Part shown: positions 53,790 to 64,000 of the stretch, in pieces
How positions within the stretch are numbered: position 1 is the stretch's first letter
Layout of the letters: each line of letters starts with the position of its first letter
Assembly: GCA_012295275.1 (NCBI GenBank)
Contig: CM022666.1
Location: 15,190,001 to 15,254,000 of the forward strand
Direction: 5' to 3'
DNA length: 64,000 nt
Origin: Chrysomallon squamiferum
Lineage: Eukaryota; Animalia; Mollusca
Translations under genes and position numbers: made by a program
Notes under the pieces: model-generated
Databases searched by the model: none
The model's input: the letters and a program-made list of their open reading frames with translations, nothing else
Told to the model about the DNA's origin: nothing

Positions 53790-54898
53790 AATAATATATA
53801 TATGTAAATAAGAATTCCCCCTGAGAATACAAGCCCTATAATTCAACATTAGCCCCATGAAAGAAATCTATATTAAAAGCAGTAACCGAGTAACGATCGC
53901 AGCTCTTGACAACATTAATTTAACATATACACGTACACGTATGCTATAGTTTTCAGGTGTCTTGTCTGTTAATTTATTAATACGTTATCAATACGATTTA
54001 TTTACCTCGAACTGCCATGGTTTCCTACATTGGGGCGAAAGATTTAAGTCAACTTCCGGATTAAACATTGATTAATTTGGGCAAGGTGCCCGTTCGAAAA
54101 ACATGGTTTGATTTATGATTTTTAAACAGTATAAATAAATAATAAATAAGCAAATAAAATCAACAAAAACTAGTAATAAACAGATATTCCAAAGCAAATA
54201 AAAACTGACTTTCACTGGGATAACTAAAAAAGTAGTGGCTCTTTTCGTCTGCTAACATTTCCTCATAAATTCATTAGTAAGTCCAACCTTCCCAAGTGCA
54301 CCAGTAAAAATAGGCTTAAAATCTCTCTCACGAACACAATCACTCGCGCGCGCTCCCCCTCCCCCACACCAATCCATTTAATTTTAATTTTGTGTGTGTA
54401 TATGTGTGTGCGTGTGTGTATTAGATATCGAATACTGACTTTTTTTGTTGTTTTTTTTTTTTTTTTTTTTTTTATTATCAAACATGAGGAACAGTGGCTG
54501 TTTTGTTAGAGCGTTAAATAAACGTAAGGTCATTATTACAGATGGAATTTGTAGGTAGAATTTTTCTAGGTGCGCTAGGTGAGCTATTTCTTGTTCCAGC
54601 TAGAGCTCTAAGACTTGTTTATCAAAAAGACGCAGTTGGTGCTTTCCTGATAATAGGAAAAGTGCATTTATAATATTCCTTTATTGATAATCAATAACTG
54701 TAGCCGACTTGCCTTGAGTGGCGGAAATGGGTTTCCTAGTTCGTATAATAATCATATCCCCCCCAAAAAGACGAACGAATAAGAAAAAAAAAAAAAAAAA
54801 GAAACAAACAAAAAAATAGTATTAGATTCTTCATATTAAAATGTATTTAATAGTTTTTAAATAAACATTCATTTCATTATTAAAAAACATTCACACAC

Positions 54899-54900
<2 letters not shown>

Positions 54901-54976
<76 letters not shown>
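54901..54976. repeat. (GA)n microsatellite
   Basis: Perfect AG run. Similar tracts at 55371-55447, 59965-60040 (CT) and 63042-63139. Confidence 0.95.
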
Positions 54977-54979
<3 letters not shown>

Positions 54980-55364
54980 AACAAACAACAATTTTGCTTG
55001 TTGCTAAATAAATATATATTAAATGAACAGCCTGCATACATTTATTGAAAAACATGCTTGAATAGTTATTGGATTACAAGAAAGAAAATCTATTGTAAGT
55101 TACGGAACCATCGATCTTGAAGTGAACGGTAATAGATGAATGGTGATTTTAATTTTCTGCCCAATTCTTCGTGTCTTTACGTATGTTTATAGCAACGACA
55201 CGTAGCTGTCGCTAGGGCTGACCGTGGAGTATGAAAAATCTTTTGTACATGCGCATCGGTCAATATAAATCCACAACAATATTCCCTTTTATTTGTTCTC
55301 CTGAAATGACATACTGTTTACTTCAAACACTGGCCAACGTCCATTTTCAGTACAAAAGATTAAC

Positions 55365-55452
<88 letters not shown>

Positions 55453-55724
55453 CTGATAAATGTGTATTTCCAAGGTTCATTATTCAGTTCGTAGATTCAA
55501 CAAAAATGCCACTTGTAGCAAGAAAAAAAAAAAAGAAAAAAAAAAAAAAAAAAAAAAAAAAGAAGAAGAAATGAAAAGAAGAAGAAAAAAAAAGAAATAG
55601 AAAAAAACAAAAAACAAAAAAAGAAAAGGAAAAAGAAAAAAATATATATAAATAAAATGGAATAAATAAATGGCATTAGAAACAGATGTGTTAAATAAAA
55701 GCAGAAAACAGCTATAAAAGCAGA

Positions 55725-55751
55725 AAATTGATAAGAATAAAATCGATATAG

Positions 55752-55791
<40 letters not shown>

Positions 55792-55808
55792 TTTATTCTT
55801 ATCAATTT
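55725..55808. repeat. Inverted repeat with perfect 26-bp arms around a (TA)n core
   Basis: aaattgataagaataaaatcgatata (55725-55750) is the exact reverse complement of tatatcgattttattcttatcaattt (55783-55808). Confidence 0.92.
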
Positions 55809-56717
55809 AACAAAAAAAAAAAAAAAAAAAAAGTATTCATGACTTCGGAGAAGGAGGAGCGGCCATATTCTCAGTAGCTGAATTGTCACGTGATAAGATT
55901 TCGTCGTGGTTCTGTTTATAATACAGGTTTGTAGTTAGTTTCAGTGTATTTTTCAGTCATGCTAGTTTAAACAGTATTGAACAAACATCAGACTTCATGT
56001 TATTTGATCGTAGTTTAAGTAAAATTGTTTGTTAAAATAATAATAAAAATGAATAATACTTAAATAAATAAATATACATAATAAATATACATAAATAAAT
56101 ATAAACGAACCAAAAAAAATAATAATAAATAAATCTATCAATAAAACAAGAAATTTAAAAATAAAATAAAGAAAGAAATTTAAAAAATAATAATACAATC
56201 AAATGAAATAAAATATATAAAAAAAATAATAATAAAATAAAACAAACAAAGAACAAACAAACATATAAATAAGTATATGCTAAATTGTTTGGAAACAGAT
56301 TTATTTGGCAAAGTTGTAAATCCACTAGTGCTACTCTTTGGCAGAATGCATCTCAATTTCAATACTATTTTGGAAATACGTCTTTTTAGTAAGGATGTTT
56401 TCGATCCATTTTCATATTGCCAAGTTATTGTTGTAATCGATTTTTATTTTTATTTTCTACATGACATAATGTACACAGGTAATAATCACTATTATCATCA
56501 TAATAAATAAATAAAACGAAGACATGAAAAACCCAAACATCCCTTTAAAGGATTGTTTGCCACTAAATTCATCTTCATTTTAAGTGTTCGTCCTTCTGAT
56601 ATGTAAGACATTTTAGACATTTTGTTGGTTTGATGTGGTCTCAATCAAAAGTTCATGAATATCTGTTTACAAAAATATTTACGGTCAGCATCGGGTATTA
56701 GCAAGAATTGTTGTAAG

Positions 56718-56789
56718 TCCGATGTGGTCTAGTGGTTAGGATCCCTGGCTTTCACCCAGGTGGCCCGGGTTCAATTCCCGGCATCGGAA
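56718..56789 (+). tRNA. tRNA-Glu(TTC)
   Basis: 72-nt cloverleaf: acceptor TCCGATG/CATCGGA, anticodon arm CCTGG-CTTTCAC-CCAGG, B box GGTTCAATTCC; T5 terminator at 56797-56801. Confidence 0.97.
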
Positions 56790-56832
56790 ATCACTGTTTT
56801 TAATTTTCTTTTTCAAATATAGATGCAATAAT

Positions 56833-56872
<40 letters not shown>

Positions 56873-57417
56873 ATATTTCATAATACTTTGCTTATCTTTT
56901 CACTATATATATTATATATTATCTTTTTCATATTTTCTATATGATGATTAAGGTTAAAACACACTGACTGTCTGTTAGTGTTTTGGAGGATTATTTTCCC
57001 GTTTACAATAATAATAATAATAAATAATTAAATAAATAAAAATATTAAAATACATTTAAAACAAAATAAAAAATATAATATCTCAGTTCAAATAATACTC
57101 TAAGCACTATTTTAAAACGTACCGTTTTCAGATTATAAACAAATAAATAAATAAATAAACAGCAAAACAAAACAAATGATGGACTAAATCACGCGAGGGT
57201 ATTAGCCGACGTGATACTCGAGTTCTGTTTAATTTGAAACAGTTCAAATTACGAAGCTGATCCGCATCTTGCGTACATTCTATTGTAATAATCTGAAACG
57301 AATCTCTGGTTTCGACAATAAAAGTATTTGCGAAATTTCCAGAAAATTAATGACAAAGACTTCTCATCACGGAGATAGATTTAGTTGGTTTTTGATGCGA
57401 TGAAATGTGAATTTGAC

Positions 57418-57449
<32 letters not shown>

Positions 57450-57563
57450 GTTAGTTAGTTAGTTATTTAAATAAACAGAGTTACGAACGTATATAGTCTG
57501 TGTAGTTCTGAATAAATAACTTAAAAAAAAAATGAAAATATAACAAGAACCAGTATGGTTATA

Positions 57564-57916
57564 CACCGGTAGCTGTCTTGAAGGGACACCTATGGGGCCA
57601 AACAAAAGTGTCCGTACATTGCAGGTGTCCTCTCGTTAGAGGGACAAAAACTAGAGACATTTTTACCCACCTCCATTACACCAGTAGCCGTACAAACATA
57701 TATCGCCGTGGCAACGCACTGTAAAAGCACGCTTCACTGATCTCTTCTAAAACACACACGCTAAGATGCCGAGTCCATTGACGGATGTAAATACAACGTA
57801 TTTTGCATATGCCACAAAACAAAGGAACATATCAATTGAAGAATAATCGGGTTTGAGAAGTGTCCGTCGATCGTGGTGACTGCTCAACTCAGGGGCCGCT
57901 AAAGACAGGTAAAATG
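57564..57916. mobile_element. Degenerate MITE (Tc1/mariner-pogo-like)
   Basis: TA-flanked degenerate TIRs: CACCGGTAGCTGTCTTGAAGGGACACC versus reverse complement CATTTTACCTGTCTTTAGCGGCCCC. Subterminal gtgtcc motifs at both ends. Confidence 0.55.
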
Positions 57917-58060
57917 TAGCTAAAGACCTCTAATTTATTTATTTATTCATTTATTTATTCATTTATTTAATTTTATTTCACCGAAAACTATATTGACAGA
58001 GTAGTGCCGCCAGTATTTCTGAAATCAAGAATATTAATAATCTGTATCACTTTATACATA

Positions 58061-58846
58061 CAGTGGTACCTCGACTTACGAGTGCCTGAGAATACAAGTT
58101 TTTCGAGTTACGAGCAGTCGACCGGCCGATTTTCTGCTTTAAGTTGCAAGCCAAAATCCGAGTTACGAGCGAGTTGCAGATACAACGCCGTTAGTTAGTG
58201 CAACGGACAACATAACGTCCGGCCAGCATCCCGCGTCTCGCTCGTTTACTTCACTGGTTACCGCACCATGGAAGCATCTCTGTTGTGTTGTGCTCGCGTT
58301 TTGTTCAGTATTTTGCCAATTTTTTTTTTTTTTTTTTTTTTTTCTTGCCGTGGATCCTAAGAAAGTGATTGCAAAGGACAGTGCTAAGAAGAAGAAGCGG
58401 ATGATGTCCATTGAATTAAAGCTTGAATTTAAAAAAAAGATGAGCGAGGTGTGCATGTAGTCGACTTGGCTAGGCAGTTCTAGCGTAGTATTTCTACGAT
58501 ATTTACCATACTGAAGCTGACGGCGTCGATAAAGGCTGTAACTCCAGCCAAAGGCGTTAAAATAATTTGTCTGATCTCCAAGATAAATACACTTTACAAA
58601 ACCAATTTATTTCTTTACATTCTATTTTATTTTATTATTATTATATTTTTTTTTATACAATATTTGTCATTTATAAATAAATTTTTCTTATTTAAAAATA
58701 ATTAAAAAATGGGGTAGGTTTTGTGGGGCTGGAACGGATTAATGGTGTTTCAGTTAATGTCAGTTGGAAAAATTGATATGATATACGAGCAAACTGAATT
58801 ACGAGCTCGGTCCAAACGAATTAATCTCGTAAGTCACTTACCACTG
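58061..58846 (+). mobile_element. Tigger/pogo-family DNA transposon, internally deleted non-autonomous copy
   Basis: TA target duplication; TIRs CAGTGGTACCTCGACTTACGAG versus reverse complement CAGTGGTAAGTGACTTACGAG; subterminal (g/a)ttacgagc repeats; transposase remnant inside. Confidence 0.9.
58350..58566 (+). pseudogene. Tigger-type transposase N-terminal HTH (CENP-B N/psq-like) remnant
   Basis: VDPKKVIAKDSAKKKKRMMSIELKLE, then a frameshift, then ERGVHVVDLARQF*RSISTIFTILK...IKAVTPAKGVKII; in-frame stop and no DDE domain. Confidence 0.8.
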
Positions 58847-59961
58847 TATATGTATGTATGTATACAGACACACACACACACATACATACATACATATACA
58901 TACATACATTGGCCTATATCTGTGTTTGAGTACTTCTGTAAGTATGTTAGTAAGGTGAAAAGGATTCAGTTTCCGATGAGCGAGATTGCCAACAGATATC
59001 CATATACTGACATAGATCGCTCAATGCAGAAAATCTCATAAATTATGTAACCAGTCTATTTCTCGCGCTATTATTCTTCACAGAGAAAAGGCTAATCCGA
59101 TATAATCGTCGAAGTGAAGAATGTTTTACTATCGACCTTCAGTTTTCAGAAATAAATTAAAAGATGACAGTTGACTGATTAATAAACATTTTCCTGTTAT
59201 TCCCTGCAAAGATTTTTCTCGAGCAAATCAAATCTCTGTAACATGGCGAAGAATACAGAAGTAACAGATTAGAAATGAATATCCATTGGGAAGCTGCAGT
59301 TTTATCCGTATTTGGAAAACGGTAATAGGTACGAAACGGAAACACATACCCATCTTAAAAAAAAAAAAAAAAAAAAAACCTGCAATGGATGGAATATATC
59401 TGATGCACAATTATTATCGATTTAAATGAGTCTGCGAGGCTGATAATAATAAAACGATTGTGTTTCATTTACCTCAATCAATATACCTTGTGGTTTGTTT
59501 AAACATGTTTCGGATCTATCGATTTTGGCACAAAAGACTTTTGGTTTGTTGTGGCGGAGCGCGGTAAAAAAACAACCAACGCCTGCTTAACGGACGATCA
59601 AGAAAAATTTTCAGGTTCAGTTCAGGACTGGCGCAGACGCTGATCCAAGTTTTCCTGCTAATCTCGTGAATACCACTTATCTCGAGAGAAAAAAGGAAGA
59701 GAGAAAAAGATAAAAATAATCAGCAGATTTTTATCTGTAGAAAAAAAAAAAACCAACAGCAGTACAGGGTTTATTCTTGATAAAAGGAAATAATTCACAT
59801 CAGTAAGCCGTAATACATTTATTTTAGGAAAAACAGAAATTATCTTTTAAAAGAAAAAAAAAAAAAATGTCTGTGATATTTATGGGTGTTCATAAACGGA
59901 GGGAGGCGATGAAGAAGAAAGAAAAAAGAAAGGTGCACGTGACTCCGCACAGGTGAGACTG

Positions 59962-60045
<84 letters not shown>

Positions 60046-60497
60046 GCCGCTGTTTATGATTAAGAACGTGATGTATTCCAGTTAAAACGATTTATGGATG
60101 ATGCATCCAGGATTTTCAATTGGGTTGAGAGAATCGAGTCGCATTTGAATCCAGTTTGCGTAAGTGATTCCGATTTCTGAATCTTTTGGAATTTAATTAT
60201 GTTCAATACTGTCAGTGCAGTCAGATCTACGTACGCTAAGATCAGTTTGTATACCAAAGGGTTAAACGAACGAAATCTCATAAATTAGTAACTATATATT
60301 ATGTAATTGTTTTAAAAACATATATAACCTTTTTGTTTGGCTGGCCTACGATAGTCAGGACTTTGGAATCATATTTTTTTTATCTTTTGTCCATCATATT
60401 TAACGAAGTGATTTAGAATTATTAAAGTATTCGTATTTATGCTTATAAAAAGAAAAATTTTGTATACGAAAATAAAAGAAAAAAAAGAAAAATTTAA

Positions 60498-60569
60498 TTC
60501 CGATGCCGGGAATTGAACCCGGGCCACCTGGGTGAAAGCCAGGGATCCTAACCACTAGACCACATCGGA
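60498..60569 (-). tRNA. tRNA-Glu(TTC)
   Basis: Exact reverse complement of the 56718 copy; T-run downstream. Confidence 0.97.
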
Positions 60570-60778
60570 CTTACAACAAATGTGGATAATACCCGATGAT
60601 GACCGAAAATATTTTCGTAAACAGGTATTCTTGAACTTTTGACTGAAACTACATCAAACCAACGAAATGTGTGAAGCACGAACTCTTGAACTCAAAATGA
60701 ATTTAATGCAAACAATCCTTTCAGGGGATGTATGGGTTTTTTTATTTATATATTTATTTATTTATGATAATGATAGTG

Positions 60779-60855
<77 letters not shown>

Positions 60856-61191
60856 GAGTTTATCAAAAGGAGAGGCCAGGTACAAATAATAATTCTAGAT
60901 AAACCAATTAGTTTAATAATGATAATAATATTATTAATAATAACGAACCAAAAATTGAACAATAAGCCAAAAGCTGTTAGTTGATTTATTTTCGTTTGGT
61001 AAATATTTTTAAATTTTCACTTTCATCATTCCGTAAGTTTACGATATAAACGGATAAATAATCCTCCAAAACGCTATTAACGAGAATATCAAGAATATCA
61101 GAGTAAATATCAAATACTTTTATCACATTTATACGTACAAAAAGTTTAAAAATTCAAAAAACGTCTAAAATAAATAAATTAAAAAAAATAT

Positions 61192-61263
61192 TTCCGATGC
61201 CGGGAATTGAACCCGGGCCACCTGGGTGAAAGCCAGGGATCCTAACCACTAGACCACATCGGA
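61192..61263 (-). tRNA. tRNA-Glu(TTC)
   Basis: Identical copy; T8 terminator at 61181-61188. Confidence 0.97.
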
Positions 61264-61490
61264 CTTACAAATACTTTGCTAATATCTAATGATGACCATA
61301 AATATTTTTGTAACTATGTTTTCTTGAACTTTTGATTGAGACTACATTAAACCACCAAAATGTGTAAAATGTCTTACACATCAGAACAACGAACATTTAA
61401 ACTGAAGGTGAATTTAGTGGCAAACAATCCTTTTCAGGGGATGTATGGGCTTTTCATGTCTTCGTTTTATTTATTTATTTATTAAAGGTA

Positions 61491-61522
<32 letters not shown>

Positions 61523-61863
61523 GAATTTATCAAAAGGAGATTCCATGTGCAAATAATAATTCTAGATAAACTAATTATTTTAATAATGATAATAATATTA
61601 ATAATAATAACCAAAAATTGAACAATAAGCCAAAGGCTGTTAGTTGATTTATTTTCGTTAGGTTAATATTTTTAAATGTTTACGTTAATGGTTCCATAAG
61701 TTTACAGTAGTAACTGCTTTTAACACTAACAGACAGTCGGAATGTTTATACCTTTATAATCATGTAGTGAATGTTCATGAAAGAAAATACGAAATACATA
61801 TACAGAGTGAAGAAATATTAAGCGTATTATTGAAAATAATTTTAAAAAAAAATAATAGTTTAG

Positions 61864-61935
61864 TTCCGATGCCGGGAATTGAACCCGGGCCACCTGGGTG
61901 AAAGCCAGGGATCCTAACCACTAGACCACATCGGA
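61864..61935 (-). tRNA. tRNA-Glu(TTC)
   Basis: Identical copy; T-run downstream. Confidence 0.97.
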
Positions 61936-62182
61936 CTTACAAAATGAATTGCTAATAACCGATAACAACCGTACATATTTTAGTAAGCAGATCTTCTTGA
62001 ACTTCGGATTGAATTTAATAGCAAACAATACTTTAAGGGGATGTTTGGGTTTTTCATGTCTTCGTTTTATTGACTTATTTATTATGATGTTGATAGTGAT
62101 TATTATTATTATTATTATTATCACTAAAATAATTAGTTAATCTAGAAATATTATTTGCACATGGACTTTCCTTTTGATAAAC

Positions 62183-62241
<59 letters not shown>

Positions 62242-62596
62242 GTAATAATAATAATAAAATAATAATAATAACATTTTAATAATATATAATTAATAATAAT
62301 AATGAACCAAAACTTAAACAATAATCCAAAATCTGTTAATTGATTTATTTTCGTTTGGTAAATATTTTTCAGTTTTTACTTTAATCATTCCATAAATTTA
62401 CGACAGTAACTGTTTTTAAACGGATAAATAATCCTCCAAAACACTAACAGACAGTCGGTTTGTTTTAACTTTTATCATCATACAGAGAATATTCATTAAT
62501 GAGAAAATGAAAGACATAATATACAGAGTAAAGAGATAAGCAAAGTATTATTAAAAATAAAATATTTTTAATTGCATTTATACTTTCAAAAAGAAT

Positions 62597-62642
<46 letters not shown>

Positions 62643-62643
62643 G

Positions 62644-62715
62644 TTCCGATGCCGGGAATTGAACCCGGGCCACCTGGGTGAAAGCCAGGGATCCTAACCA
62701 CTAGACCACATCGGA
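62644..62715 (-). tRNA. tRNA-Glu(TTC)
   Basis: Identical copy; long T-run downstream. Confidence 0.97.
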
Positions 62716-62924
62716 CTTGGTGAAAATATGGTGACTATAGTTACTTTAGCGATGTATAACTAATATTACCTAGTAGTAGTGTCTTTCCAGTATTGCATTC
62801 CTGTTTAAAAAGAGCTGTTCCTTGATAATGTTGGTTTCACTATCAGAAGTAATTTTCAGAACTTTCCACCATTCTTATCTTATCTGAAGTGTAATCTTCA
62901 GTCAAAGTAAAAATACGCACCTCC

Positions 62925-62971
<47 letters not shown>

Positions 62972-63060
62972 GTTATTTTAGATTCTGTCAGTGGAATATA
63001 TTACTGTGAATGCATTTTTTGTGTGCATTTTCATGTCTGAAAGAGAGAGAGATAGAGAGT

Positions 63061-63141
<81 letters not shown>

Positions 63142-63914
63142 ATGAATGAAAGTAACCAGCAGGAACGCGAAGATATCATACATCAATATAAATGTTTCAT
63201 GAAGTTTAACTTTCTGTTATTCTACACTTTACTGAAATATTAATACTCTTCAACTTTTGACTGAAACTACACCAAACCAGCAAAATCTCTAAACTCTCTG
63301 AAGAATGAACATTTGAACTGAAGTTGAATTTTGTGGAAAAAAATTCTTTCAGGGGATAGGTGGGTTTATTTGTTTGTTTGTTTTTGTTGTTCTAAAGGAT
63401 TTTATTTATTTATTTATTTATTTATTTGTTTGTTTATTTGTTATTATATAAAGTATATATATCAATGTAAGAGTCCATGTGTAAGTATACACACCGCAAA
63501 CCACTTGCAGCCATTCTCTAATACATACATACCTACATACATACATAAATGAGTAAATAAATAAATAAATAAATAATAATTAAGAATGTCTTTCCACAAG
63601 GTTTTAAAAACTTGCTTTGAGCCAGACTATTTTAACAGTAAAAAGCTGAAAACTATATACTGGTTATCATCTGTTTATGAATTATTATGAACAATACAGT
63701 ATTATCAGAATATTTTCCTTTTACTGTATTTTTACTTAATTTAAATATACATATTTTTATTTATTACATATATATATTTTTTATTTATTTATTTATTACA
63801 TATATATATGAAACTGTGACCCCTTAAAGGTCAGTAATGCATAAAGTGAACCATGAAAAAGATTATACGTATAGACGTAACGATTCAGTTTTCATATTTA
63901 TGAAAATAAACATT

Positions 63915-63986
63915 TTCCGATGCCGGGAATTGAACCCGGGCCACCTGGGTGAAAGCCAGGAATCCTAACCACTAGACCACATCGGA
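63915..63986 (-). tRNA. tRNA-Glu(TTC), single-base variant
   Basis: Same cloverleaf with C>T at nucleotide 26 (window position 63961, unpaired hinge); TTTT downstream. Confidence 0.96.
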
Positions 63987-64000
63987 GTTAGTTAAATAAG

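Noticed and set aside
54010-54026. Possible RFX X-box near the MINDY4B 5' end
   Set aside because: Only the CCATGG core matches; the GTT/AAC half-site ends are missing.
62465-62701. 78-aa ORF MVRIPGFHPGGPGSIPG...
   Set aside because: Translation of the tRNA-Glu gene plus its poly-T tract.
56718-63986. tRNA copies as SINEs or suppressor tRNAs
   Set aside because: Full 72-nt near-identical cloverleaves with a normal TTC anticodon and immediate T-run terminators; no SINE body or TSDs.

Overview
This is AT-rich, microsatellite-dense animal (invertebrate-like) genomic DNA; the taxon cannot be fixed from sequence alone. Manual splicing gives three multi-exon genes. WDR44/Rabphilin-11 (minus, 21 coding exons, 3161-16211) has one apparent +1 frameshift in a G6 run. 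It lies head-to-head with an FMR1/FXR-family RNA-binding protein gene (plus, 17 coding exons, 17401-30129, probably with a long 3'UTR). That gene converges on a MINDY4B-like pseudo-deubiquitinase (minus, 13 coding exons, 39111-50785). The right end holds six tRNA-Glu(TTC) genes in duplicated modules, one of them inverted, plus a Tigger/pogo deletion derivative and a MITE; two more MITEs lie in FMR1 introns. I see no clear evidence of a wholly new system. The most unusual signals are three independent tandem duplications straddling splice sites of the MINDY4B-like gene, candidate uORF/N-extension switches in the FMR1 and MINDY4B leaders, and a near-perfect palindrome around a (TA)n core. Most ORFs in the supplied track are microsatellite artefacts.
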